A program made the position numbers and the translations under genes. Below the pieces are notes generated by a model. That model did no database searches. It saw nothing but the letters and a program-made list of their open reading frames with translations, and was not told where the DNA came from. A stretch of 64,000 nt of DNA from Anolis carolinensis (lineage: Eukaryota): NCBI RefSeq assembly GCF_035594765.1, contig NC_085842.1, positions 190,663,036 through 190,727,035 on the forward strand. The letters are read 5' to 3'. Positions 35,260 to 47,313 of the stretch are shown here, piece by piece. Numbering within the stretch: position 1 is the stretch's first letter; each line of letters opens with the position of its first letter.

Positions 35260-35930
35260 GCACCATCCCCTTGCGGCCTCCTCCAACAGAGTTAACTATA
35301 TCAGTCAGCTTTCGAGCGGGAAGGCTTGGCTGGCTCCTTCGAGAGCCCTATCTTTGGGCCTCGCTCAATGGCGCCCCCTTCGGAAGAAGCGGAGCAGGGC
35401 GAGAGTCTCGTGACGGCGGAGGTGGATCACGAGGCTGGGAGGGTGTCATTTATTCCCCTACCGATTGGACGTCAAGTTGCCTGTCAAAGGTAAAGCCCCG
35501 CCTTACAGGAAGTGGGCGGGACATGATTGGAGCAAGTGGCTTCCCAGCAACCAATCCTTGCAGACACAGCCACCTCCCGCCCTTGTTTGCGCGCGTGCTT
35601 GCTTCCGGCCCGCTTCCTGTTTCCGGCGCACGGGGCTGTCGGCGCTTCCTTTCGGGTCAGCATGAGGCGTCACGAGGCCCCGTTGGGCTCCCGCTAACCG
35701 GCTTCCTCTCTCGCTCTCCGGGCGGGCTTCCTTCGCAGCCGAGGGGCCACCGGTGGCTGGAACCGCAGGTTAGAGACGGGGGCGCCCTCCCTCCTTGCCA
35801 CCTTCCCTCGGGGCTTCTTCGCTCCATATGCCTTCCATTGAGACTTTTCATTTTTTCCTCAGAGGCTCTACTTGATCAGTCTTTAAGCGCTGTTTGTTGG
35901 TAGTCCAGGCAAATCTCACGAGGCCCATAA
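35260..35930 (+). promoter_or_regulatory. M6PR: CpG-island promoter and probable non-coding first exon of M6PR
   Basis: CpG-rich; CCAAT boxes (ATTGG 35464 and 35526, CCAAT 35551), GC boxes, ETS/GABP motifs (CAGGAAGTG 35506, CTTCCGG ~35602, TTCCGG ~35621); candidate donor CGG|gtcagc near 35655; the first coding exon has an acceptor 1 nt before its ATG, so an upstream exon is required. Confidence 0.75.
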
Positions 35931-36152
35931 CACCAGGGAAGCCTCATGTGTCATAGAACCATACAGTCGCAAGGGACCCCAAGGGCCAACCTATTCCGCC
36001 ATGCAATAACACTATTATAGTGGTTCGCAACCTGTGGGTCCCCAGGCGTTTTGGGCTTCAACTCCCAGAAATCCTAACAGCTGGTAAACTGGCCGGGATT
36101 TCTGGGAGTTGTAGGCCAAAACACCTGGGGACCCACAGGTTGTGAACCACTG

Positions 36153-36586
36153 GTCTAGATCAAGGGATGCAACAGTACCACTCTATTCTGCTTTGGTCAG
36201 ACCTCAACTGGAATACTGTAGCACCACAGTTCAGGCATGACATTGACAAACTAGAAAATGTTCAGGCAAGAGTAACCAAAATGATCAAAGGTATGGGAGC
36301 CCCCTGGAGCAACAGGTTAAATCAAAGGTCCTCAAACTTTTAAAGCAGAGGGCCGGTCCACAATCCTTCAGACTGTTGAGGGGCCGAATTATCATTTGAA
36401 AAAAAAATATGAACAAATTCCTATGCACACTGCACATGTTTTATTTGTAGTGCAAAACAACAACAACAATGAAAGAAAAATACAATATTTAAAAATGAAA
36501 ACAATTTTAACCATCATAAATCTACCAGGATTTCAATGGAAAGTGTGGACCTGATTCTGGCCAATGAGATGGTCAAGTTAATTAGG

Positions 36587-36621
<35 letters not shown>

Positions 36622-37920
36622 GTGCCTTCAAGTCATGTCAGACTTTGGGCAAGCCTGAGTCTAAAATTATTCATTTATTTTACTACATTTATATCCCACC
36701 CTTCTCACCCCGAAGGGGACTCAGAGCAGCTGTATGTACATACAGTATATTATATTATTAGCATAGCACAACATTAGTATTATATATTACTGTACATTGA
36801 ACTATACCACTGTACTGTAATATTATATGTAATATATAACATATAATTCAGTATTATTATATGGTATTATTATTAGTATCATATTGTATAACATAATATT
36901 TTTATCAATATTATATGTATATATAATATATTATATAATTAAAACTCATATAAAATATTATATTATAAAACGGAGGGTGGGGGCCAGGTAAATGACCTTG
37001 GAGGGCCGCATCCAGCCCCCGGGCCTTAGTTTGGGGACCCCTGGGTTAAACTGCTAAGCTGCTGAACTTACTGACCAAAAGGTCGGCAGTTTGAATCTGG
37101 GGAGTGGGGTGAGCTCCCACAGTTCGTCCCAGCTTCTGCCAACCTATCAGTTTGAAAACATGCAAATGTGAGTAGATCAATAGGTATTGCTTCAGCGGGA
37201 AGGTAACAGTGCGCCATGCAGGCATGCTAACCAGGTCTTTGGCTTAGAAATAGAGATGAACACCAACTCTCAGAGTCAGACATGACTAGACTTAATGTCA
37301 AGGGAAACCTTTATCTTTATGGGAGGCAAGCCCTATGAAGAGTGGCTTAGAAAACCTGGAGAAAAGAGAGGACATGATAGCCATGTTTAATTACTGAAAA
37401 GATGTCACATTGTGGTGGGGGAAAGCCTGTGTTTTGCTGCTCTGGCGATTAGAACTCTGAGTAATGGATTCAAATTGTACCAAAAGAGATTCCACTGGAA
37501 CATTAGGAAGAACTTCCTCATCATAGAATAATAGAGGTGCAAGAGACCACGTGAGCCATCAAGTCTAACCCCTTGCCATTCAGGAAAAGCACAATCAAAG
37601 TACCCCTGACAGATAGCCATCCGGCCACTTTTTAAAAGCCTCCAAAGAAAACATCCACCACACTCTGAGGAAGAGAGTTCCGCTGCTGAATAGCTCTTAC
37701 AGTCTGAAAGTTCTTCTTGATATTCTGGTGGAATCTCCTTTCCTGCAATTTGAATCAATTGCTCGAAGTCCTAGTCTCCAGAACAGCAGAAAACAATTTT
37801 GCCCCCTCTTCAACGTGACATCCTTTCAGGTTTCTAAACACAGCTATCATGTCTCCTCTCTGTCTTCTCTTCTGCAAGCTGAACAACACCCAACTCCCTT
37901 AGCCACTTCTTATAGAGCAT
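36153..37920. mobile_element. Nested cluster: CR1 (+) containing a Sauria SINE containing an OC1-type hAT (36323-37043), followed by an inverted CR1 (-)
   Basis: SINE TSD TATGGGAG; hAT TIR CAAAGGTCCTCAAACT / AGTTTGGGGACCCCTG with TSD GGTTAAAT/GGTTAAAC. Confidence 0.8.
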
Positions 37921-40292
37921 GACTTTGTATTACAGGAGGTATTTTGGGGGTTTTTTTTGTGTGTGTGTCAGGAGCAACTTGAGTCACTTCTGGAGTGAGA
38001 GAATTGGCCATCTGCAAGGACTTTGCCCAGGGGACGCCCGGATGTTTTGATGTTTTTACCATCCTTGTGGGAGGCGAAAGTAGCTGAGCATGAGAAACAG
38101 AAGGTGATTGTCCTTCTGAACTGCTTATTATATTTTCTCCAAATTTGGGTGAATATGCTGGGCAAGAACAGAGGCGAGGCTTTGAATCTTGTTGGGCAGA
38201 TCTCGTTCTTTTAGCTCAAGAAAAAGGAAGTGACAAATCTCTGAATAAAATCTTGCCCAAAAAGCTTTTTGTTTGCAGTGCACTAACTCGAAGGCACATA
38301 AAACAACTAATGCTAAATTTCATAGTGCACAGAAGCCTTGGTTAACTTACTCACATATGAATGTTGCGAAATGTAAGCAGGGATCATTTATAACCATGTT
38401 CAAAGGGAATCTCCAATTCTGAGGTGATACTTTGTTTGATGCTGTTTAAAAATGTAGAAACAGCTTCAGGATATACAAAATGTTAATGTCATGATCCAAC
38501 GGGACCATACCTGAACAAACATGGGTGTAATTATTTATTATTTATTTATTTCCAATATTTCTACCCCGCCCTTCTCCCCGAGGGGACTCAGGGCGGCTTA
38601 CACAACTGGTAGGATCACTATTAGTATTTCAAGAGAGAGTAGGTAGGATCATAATTAGGATCATAATTAGTATTTCAAGAGAGAGTAGGTGTCTTCAAAA
38701 TGGGATCGCCGGTGCTCAACTTGCACTGGATGCACTGATAAAATGAGAACTACTTATTTATTTCAAGAGGTCACAAAAAGAGGATCTGAATCACATCTGT
38801 TGGTTAAACGGAGACATGATTCATAGTTCTTTGTGTGTCACTGGAAAGTCTGTTGCTTGTGCTAATTTTGCAGTTTTGGCATTCCAGAGGTAGAGGTACA
38901 TCTTTTTGTCTTTTAGGGACTTTAGAGTCCAGGTTGTATCTCACCAGATTCCTGCATCAATCTTGTGCTTCAGTCTTCCTAGCCATTCCAGCCAGTCTCC
39001 TCATTTGAACAGGACACTGCTGCTGGAATTCAGACCAATGAAAAGGTTACAATTCATCTTTAAAAATGACTATAATAAATATGTACATAATCAGGCTTCT
39101 GTGAAATGGCACTATCATGTTCTCTGAACATCAGTCATAAGAACTGCCAAAGATCAGACCAGTCTACCTTCCATACATTTATTTATCCCATGGTCAAAAG
39201 CTACATAAATATAGTGAATACCACCACACTCTGATGTTCAAATGTAATAGATATTTAAATTACAGTAGTCCCTGCTTCACCAAACATATTTCCTGAATGT
39301 TTGTATTAACCCATCCAATTGCTAACCAGAGCTGACCTGTTTTGCTTCTAAGATCAGACTAGATCTAGTACCTTAGGGTATTTAGGCCTATCCCAAAAGC
39401 ACTTACATAGGCATAATTACCAGTTGTGCCATTACCAGGTAAGTTTCACCATTTCCCCTGCAATGTACCTGAAAGAAAAATGCCTTAAATTACAGTGCAG
39501 TTGTTTGTTGGAAAACTATCTGAGCCCTTGGGGAGACAGGTGTGGGATATGAATAAAGTTTTTTATTATTATTATGTGTACATTGAGGCTTCTCCTGATT
39601 CTTCCTGTTTTACAGTCTTGTCTATTCTATAGAACAGGTTCTTCTTTCTGATTTCAACCTTAAATCTATCTAGTACAAACCTCGTGGTCAGTTCAGGGCC
39701 TGCATAGGAAAGAGCTTCAGGTAAAACGTGATCCTTTCGTCGTGTTTAAAGCAAGCGTGCCATGCTGTGCTGTGCTGCTACCATTTTTCTATTTTTTTTG
39801 CCTGAGAACATTCCACTTAAACCTTTTGCATTTTCACTTCCCTATGTATAAAATGACTCATAACATAGTGCCACTTAAAAGTCTTTAAATTGCAAATTTT
39901 ACAGTGCAAAGAATTGCAAGTTCAAAGGAGTTACTGGTTCTGGACATTTGAAGTCAACCTAGCCTGAGTAATCCCAGTTACCTAAGGGCTGAAAAAAAGT
40001 GGAAGAGAATACTAACTAGTGAATGTGCTGACTGTCTCCTCCTGTCAGGTGGACTTTAGTTTTGTGACTGTCTTGGAGAATGGTCCTGGTGTACTTGGTA
40101 CAAATCCCTCCCTTAAGTGGCAAATTTCTCCCAGCACCCTATAATTCTGTCTTGTCATTCCTATGAGAGTAGTCATGTTCCAGATTCCTTCAAGGTCCTT
40201 TTGATTTCTGGAACTCAAATGTCACTGCCAGGCAGAAATATTAACAATGTGTCTTCACTTGTTGTCTCTACTTTATTTCAAGTTCTTATAGA

Positions 40293-40450
40293 ATGTTCCT
40301 GGCCCGTGCCTGCCTCCATGCTGTGGTGCTTGCCATCATAACTGCCTCAACAACTGATGAGAATAAATGTGATCTAGTTGGGGAGGAAGATCATGAATCC
40401 ACCAAGGAAAAAGCACTGCTGAAGAGATTGGAGCCACTTGCCAACATGAG
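40293..40450 (+). CDS. M6PR: M6PR coding exon 1 (signal peptide)
   Basis: atag|A ATG TTC...ATG AG|gtacag; [16 protein letters not shown]...KCDLVGEE...LLKRLEPL. Confidence 0.93.
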
Positions 40451-43400
40451 GTACAGAGCTTGCAGCGAAAGTGGCTTACTCAGAAAAGGGACGATTGTGA
40501 TGCGGTCAGTGAAACAGATGCCAGTGACTTAAAGAATGTTGAACTTTTGATGTTAGGAAACAGAAAGTGATCCAGAAGTCACTTGCTCATGCTGGCTGGG
40601 AGATTTTAGGAGTCCCTGACTTGACTTGAGTGAGGTGCTAGTGTCACTGGCCATGCTGGTTATGGAACTGTAGGAGCAGTAGTCCAAATAAGAGGGAACG
40701 TTTCCAATCCTTCATTCCGATGACACTTGAAATGAACAGCCGTGCCTTCATTTGAGAAACAAACACTTTTTCAGAAAAGCCGGGGAGGGGGGGGGGGGGA
40801 ATCTTTCCAGTTCTTTCAGATTTTCCATCATGCAACATGTTGTAATTTTTCCTGAGGATGGAATCTCTACAGTTCTAAAAATTATACCTCTTTGGTGTTT
40901 CCTCCCGCAGTTTTCAAACACAGGGCAAAAGTGAAAGTGATACGTACACCTACACGCTCCGGGTGTGTCGAGAAGTTCCTGGTAGTGCTCCTTATGCTGG
41001 CCTGGTGCAGGAGGACACTGCAAACAACAAAAAAGTAGTGGTGGGGCGAATCAATGAGGCCCACCTTGCAAGTGGAAGTAAGATGTCCCAATTCTTCAAC
41101 AGATCTTCTCTGTTGCATTACCTGTAGAATATGTGCTTCATTAGGTGTCCTTTGTATTTGTGTCTTGGCAGGTAAGTGGATTATGCTGATCTATAAAGGG
41201 GGAGATCCCTATAATAATCGTTGTGACAAAGAGAAGAGAAAAGCCATAATAATGATCAACTGTAACCGGAAAACACTAGCAGTGAGTAGTTACTAAAGAT
41301 GGGGAAGTTAAAAAAAGAGTGCAGGATTTATTTTTGAACAAATTAATAATGTGGCTAGAAGTAAATGCTCATTATAGTATCTCCAGTTTTGAGTGCACTG
41401 AATATAATTTGAGCTGAGTTACATGCTCAAAAGAATGAGGTTATACATTCCCGCAGGGATAGTAACAGATCAGAATAGCAATGACGTTCTTCTTTGCTTT
41501 AGCATTCCATTGGTTGGGCAAGTTTTCACCAGCAGTTAGTTCTTTAAGTAGAAATAGGTTAAAACATGCAGTTTGCATTGTAAGGTAAGATCACCTCTCT
41601 TGCTGGCTAGCAGAGTAAATACTGCTCTATTGAAATGGACTGACCTGTGGGGGAAGAGTAAAACAAATGTGAAGGATAGTCTAGGTGTTTCAGAAGGCTA
41701 AAGGGAAGGAAGGATTCTGTCTTGTATTTATTCTGGAGATAATGCATATATAGATTACTTTCATGAATGTTTTATCTTGCCCAAACAGACTGGTTTCACT
41801 ATGGTCACAGAAGAGCGGGAGAAGATCAATGAGTGTTTCTATATCTTTGAATTAGAGAGCAGTTTGGCCTGTCCTCCAGAAGACTCACATCTAAGTGTTG
41901 GCTCCATATTGCTCATCATGTAGGTTTATTTAAAATATTCAGCACTGCACTGCACTCATTGTCTGAAGTCATTATATATCAAGGGGATTTAAAGGTATTA
42001 AACAATTAAGCTTTAATTTTGGGACAGGACTACCTTTAGAAAATTGAATTCACCTACGATTGCTTAATTCACGGGTCCTGTCTCAAAATCAGATCGCATA
42101 GTGGAAGACAGTGTGGATTTGACTTACCTTCCCAGGAATAATGAATCTGTATAATGAAGGGTGTGAATTTGAAACTCTGCAAGGCAAGTGTTTGCATCTT
42201 CCCAGCTTATTTCAGAATAAAGAACACCTGTGTAGCAAGGTTTCTCTATAGCCATGGTTTTTTCCGCTGAAATTTACAGTGAAAATGTAAATGTTTTATG
42301 TAATAATACAGACCATCAACCATTTTCCTGTATGTCATATTTTTTCAATAGATTAGCAGTTTTCTTCCTAATATATTTGTATTTTGAATTTGTATTCCAG
42401 ATTTGTATCACTGGTTGCAGTGTATATCACTGGAGGATTTCTTTACCAGCGTCTGATAGTGGGAGCAAAAGGCATGGAGCAGTTTCCCCATTTTGCTTTC
42501 TGGCAAGATCTGGGCAACCTAGTGGCAGTAAGTAGTAAAGAACTTGTCCATATTTTGCAGTATGGAAGTTGCAGCCTGTGGTGATTTCAGAGTTTTTATA
42601 AAATTTCATATTCCAGTGCCTTACAACACTGGGAAAAAGCTTCCTTCGGTACTTGGCTGATCTGCTAATATGTCATGAGACCATGAGTTAGCATGATGGA
42701 AATGAGCTGCAGCGTGCTTTGAGTTTATCCAGGTTCCTGCTTCTAATGAAATATTGTTGAAAGCGTGCAGAAAGGAGTTGCAGCAAACCTCAGGCCTGTT
42801 TCTTTCTTCAAGCCCCGGAAGAGTTCTGGACTTTTCTTGTTAAGCAAAGAACCACACGTAAAGAGTTGTCTCCAACACAATACGCCATAGTTTAGCTTAA
42901 CCTCAATGGCAGCTTTTGAATCTACTTGAATATAAATCGACCTAATGTAAAGGTTGGGGACAGATTTGTGAGCCAAAATTACAGATTTTGATATGAAGCA
43001 TTCCACGGAGTGGAGAACCAACCAGTGTTGTCCCGGGGGATCAGGTACCCCTGGCCACCACCATTACCATCTTCTCACCCTGGCATTAAAAAAGGGGTGG
43101 AAAGCAGCACAGTGATAGGTAAAGGCAAGGCAGTTGGTGATTCTTTTAGCCTCTCTTGGGACATACTATGCAAGCATAGTACTCAAAACTTTTTAAGCAG
43201 AGGGCTGGTTCTAAAGTTTAGGGTGGGGGCTGATAATTGACCTTGGAGGGCCACATCTGGCCCACAGGCCTTAGTTTAAGAACCCCTGTACTATGCTTTT
43301 GTTACTGTACTCAGAGAAGGGGGGTCCTGTTTTAAGATACAGTATTTAAGTTGACCTGTGAATAAATACAGATTTTTGAGTTTGTTTTTTTGGCTAACAT

Positions 43401-44414
43401 TTTTAGAGTTCTACGTGGATATATACCAGGCATGGGCAAAATTTGGGCTTCCAGGTATTTTCAACTTCCAACTCCCAGAAATTAGGAATTGTGGGTGTTG
43501 GAAGTCCAAAACACCCAGAGGGCTGAAGTTTGCCCATGCCTGATGTATACAGTAACAAATCAGCAGTATATTCATAAGCACTGATTGTTCCCAGGTCCCT
43601 TCTACATTCCCCTATATCCCATAATCTGATCTGGCAGTGTACACTCATAATCCAGTTCAAACAAATAATTGGGATCAGATCCTGGGATATAGGGCAGTGT
43701 AGAAGGGGCCCCAGTTGCAGGGGGAATGCCTGCAATTCTTGTCAGCTGAACCTGGCAGAAACCCATGTTACTGCTTGTTGCAGGAGAAACGAGCAGACTT
43801 AACACCTGCTGAGTTGGAACACACCAATTAAAAAAAAAAATTAATATTGTTTACTCTGCTCTTTTCACTATTGCATGCAAAAGCCCTGATTTTTATTATC
43901 CAAATGCAGCCAAGGGGTGTGTGGGTTTTGGGTTTTTTTTGGCTTACTGGTTTCCATGCTGGATTGCTGAACTAGAGCATTGGGCTTTTAAAGATAACAG
44001 ATGAATTCTTGAGTAACACATAGACATGTGACAGAAGCGGATTTTAGCACTAGCATACTATGGATTTTCTTTTAACCTTGGTTGCTTGCACCAAGAGCAC
44101 TGCTCTTTGGCACATTTTGTCTAGAATCATTTGTGTTTAATTTGAATTTATTTTGTGTATCTTCAAGATTAAGGAGGCCAGAATAAATCATTCTAAGAAG
44201 TGAAACATCCCAATATGGATTGTAAGAGAGTAGGATGACATTCCAACAATTTCTTGTGGTCTCATGTTAGGGCATTGATCTGTGTTTACAGGATGGCTGT
44301 GATTTTGTGTGCCGGACAAAACCACGAAATGAACCAGCTGCATATCGTGGTGTTGGTGATGATCAGCTTGGAGATGAGTCGGAAGAGCGAGATGACCATT
44401 TACTACCCATGTGA
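40293..44414 (+). CDS. M6PR: Cation-dependent mannose-6-phosphate receptor (MPR46), complete, 271 aa, 6 coding exons
   Basis: Exons 40293-40450, 40911-41077, 41172-41281, 41789-41919, 42401-42527, 44292-44414 sum to 816 nt in frame; [10 protein letters not shown], EERxKxxxCFYxFE, TM segment, [41 protein letters not shown]. Confidence 0.97.
40911..41077 (+). CDS. M6PR: M6PR coding exon 2
   Basis: cgcag|T TTT CAA...GGA A|gtaaga; [10 protein letters not shown]...AGLVQ...VVGRINE. Confidence 0.94.
41172..41281 (+). CDS. M6PR: M6PR coding exon 3
   Basis: ggcag|GT AAG TGG...GCA|gtgagt; [36 protein letters not shown]. Confidence 0.95.
41789..41919 (+). CDS. M6PR: M6PR coding exon 4
   Basis: aacag|ACT GGT...ATC AT|gtaggt; [28 protein letters not shown]...[10 protein letters not shown]. 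Confidence 0.95.
42401..42527 (+). CDS. M6PR: M6PR coding exon 5 (TM and start of cytosolic tail)
   Basis: tccag|A TTT GTA...GCA|gtaagt; [42 protein letters not shown]. Confidence 0.96.
44292..44414 (+). CDS. M6PR: M6PR last coding exon
   Basis: tacag|GAT GGC...ATG TGA; [40 protein letters not shown]. Confidence 0.97.
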   Translation, partial: DGCDFVCRTKPRNEPAAYRGVGDDQLGDESEERDDHLLPM

Positions 44415-45899
44415 TCTCCCTACTTTCTTTGAGCAGTCCTTCGCATCAGCAGCTGGCACTAATCCACTTTCCCCCTCATCTTTCTGTCTTTTCTAGTTGC
44501 CCTTTTAAGCTGCTTTCTTTCACCAAGACTGTCCCATTTTTCCTTTCTGCTGATGCAAACAGAGGAAGGGGCAGGGCTTAAGAATGCAAAGGTGTTCTAG
44601 TGAGCTTTGGAATAAGGGGAATTGTCAGGGCCTTGTGTAGCAAAAGAGACTCAGATTTTACATGACCTGTGGACAAATTATTAGATGTCTTAACTGCAGA
44701 GAGTGGACCAGCATATCTGGTATGTAAGAGAAGGATTGGCCTGTAATGCAGGGAAATTCGTGCTAGCAAGCAAATGGAAAGGTTAGAGCTGCTGGTTTTG
44801 AGCATATTTTCTATAGACTTTATTGTAAAGAACGCTGGGGTGTCCCTCCCCCCACCCAGTTATTTGGTTGTACATTTTTCACATCTTGTAACAGTTTTCC
44901 TTGCATTTTCTAATTTTCCCCTGATGTGCAGTCGACGTACCATCTGAACCTCTATCTGCTTTTCTTAACCAAAGCCTGTATTAAATGTACATTTGAGTTT
45001 TGTTTGATCACTGGAAAAGGAACCTGCCAGTAATATGTATATTTTGGTAAAAGGTCCAGAAATGAATTGAAGCTAAGACAGCCTATAGCAAAACAGCATG
45101 TGTCTCAGAAACAGTTCCTGTGATGCCATTCCATTCCCCTGAAACACTTTAGTAATATAATGGGTCATTCAGCTTTAATTGTGAACGTGATTGTGGCCAA
45201 GTGTGCAAAATATCAAATCCTAAACAGGAGTAGGATTGAATGAGACAAAGGCAGGATGGATAAAGTCAACTGCCAAAGAATGTATGTTGTTTTGAGTTCA
45301 TTGCTCCAAGCCTTTGGGACTATGAAGCAAATATAAAGATAGAGAAGTGAAGCACCAGATTCCTGCCAGGATTTTAATTTTTTTTTTACTTTGAAGGGAC
45401 TCAAGAAACTTCCACTATTATTATGTGTTTCAGCTATTACAGCTATCTGCTCTTAATGAGGGATATCAAATCCAACCTGTTTCTGTATTTGCTGTGAAGG
45501 TATGGGATATATTAGTTCTGTTGGACAGGTGGATATAGGACAGCTACCTCATAAAAGAGTAGAGAACTACAGCTCAAAACACATCCCTTTCTGGTTAAGG
45601 TATAGTAACTTAGTTCAAGTAACACTGGACTCCTGAATTCACTTGAATTTGCTAGGAACTGCAGCTCTATACCTACTTCTATTTGCTATCCTGTTAGGAG
45701 CTGGTGGTCTTAACTAAGAATACATCTCTACAATTTGTCCTTTCAAAGAGAGATTCAAAGCTTTTGGTGAGGTGAAAGAGACACAAGTTTTGCAGTCTGA
45801 TTAGTTAAAGCTCCTCCCTTATAGAAAGTGGGTCACTGCAACAGACACTTTTTCACTGTGGTGTTTAAGAGACTTTGTACAAAAACATAGAACTTTAAA

Positions 45900-45905
45900 A
45901 ATAAA
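45900..45905 (+). terminator. M6PR: Probable M6PR poly(A) signal
   Basis: AATAAA with upstream TGTA and downstream T/GT-rich sequence; implies ~1.5 kb 3'UTR. Confidence 0.55.
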
Positions 45906-47307
45906 ATGGCTTTGAAAGCCCTAAACTGTATGTTTTCAGTTCGTCAGCACAGATTGAAGGGGTCACTCTGAGAGCCGTTTCCCAACTAGTAGCCTCCTAC
46001 AAAGGCTAATGCTCCAGGTTTTTCATGCTTGTGGCCGTTGTTCTCAGCTGCAAAAGCAGCGGAATCATACATATCCTGGAAAGGACTGAACAAGCAGCAG
46101 TCTAAATTATATAAATAGCAGCTCCAGGCACAAACCAATAAAAAGGCAAAATCACATGTCACTTAATTACTGACTTACAACATTTTCATTCAGTGACAGC
46201 ATTCTTCTTGCAGGTCAATACCAGATATAGGCCCAGCTAAACTTTGAAACTGTTATGGCTCTAAGTGCAAGGCTCTTGCTGTTTCACAAATAAGCACTGC
46301 TTAGTGGCTTGCTATGGACATGTGCTGCCCAGTCACTCTCACAGTTGGAACAACCTTGGTGACCATTTTCATCCTCCTTGAAACTTAAAAAGACCATACT
46401 TCTTATTTTTTGTAGAACTGGATAAATAGCACATCATACTTTCCCCCTGGGGGAGAAGAGTGGTATATAAAATAAATAAATACACTTATTGAGCCCATGG
46501 TATTTACCCTGAACGTGTAAGGAAATTGACTCCGCTCATTTTCTCCTGAAAGACAGGTCTTGTCACATTAGTCTTCACAAGAAAAAAGAATTAGTGTACC
46601 CTAACCACTTTTTAGATCCAGGTTGTGGCAATGTCCAAATGAAGCCATAATGTGCATACAGTGCGCTTTTGTTTCAGTATTAAGTATACTTTGAAATCAT
46701 CATCACATTCTGGTCAGAATCATGATATCGACACAAACTTATGTAAGAAGTACATGCTTTTTCACTTCCTTGCACAATGACACATTATACACAGTAACAC
46801 TTTGCTGGCTAGGGAAGGGTTCCTAAGTAGTTAACACCCTACCACATCTCCAGTTGGATGCTGCCCAGACATCCTACCCTGGCCATATAGTAGGCATTAG
46901 GTAGCTGCTTGGTACAAGAAAGAAGACAGGAGAGAAGCAATGTCATTATACTTGTGGAGTGCTATATACTGTGAATGTCACAAAGCCATCTGAACAGAAG
47001 TTAATGTCTCTACTACAGTTTTTTTAACACTTCCAAGGATCATTGGGAATTTGGATCTGAAAGGCTCTAGACAAAAAAATAGGCACATTTGTCCCCAGGT
47101 TCATCTTGTATGAAAATACTGCAGTGTAGTATTATCACGTAAACTCTTACCCTTCTAATCATAGTGAATAGTTTTAACAAAATCTTCAAACATAATATTT
47201 GATGGGACAGATGTTATAACAGAACCGTTCTCTGGAATGTTGAAGCCTTGATGTTCACTTAGAAAATATTTACTGCTCCAAGTCCTTCTTACGCTGTATT
47301 TTCCATA

Positions 47308-47313
47308 TTTATT
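47308..47313 (-). terminator. PHC1: Probable PHC1 poly(A) signal
   Basis: TTTATT on + = AATAAA on -, ~1.7 kb past the stop. Confidence 0.45.

Noticed and set aside
35244-35903. 219-aa ORF
   Set aside because: Non-ATG start, spans the M6PR CpG island, no recognisable protein features.
42352-42400. Upstream alternative acceptor for the M6PR TM exon
   Set aside because: Adds 49 nt and shifts frame; the 42400 acceptor restores homology.
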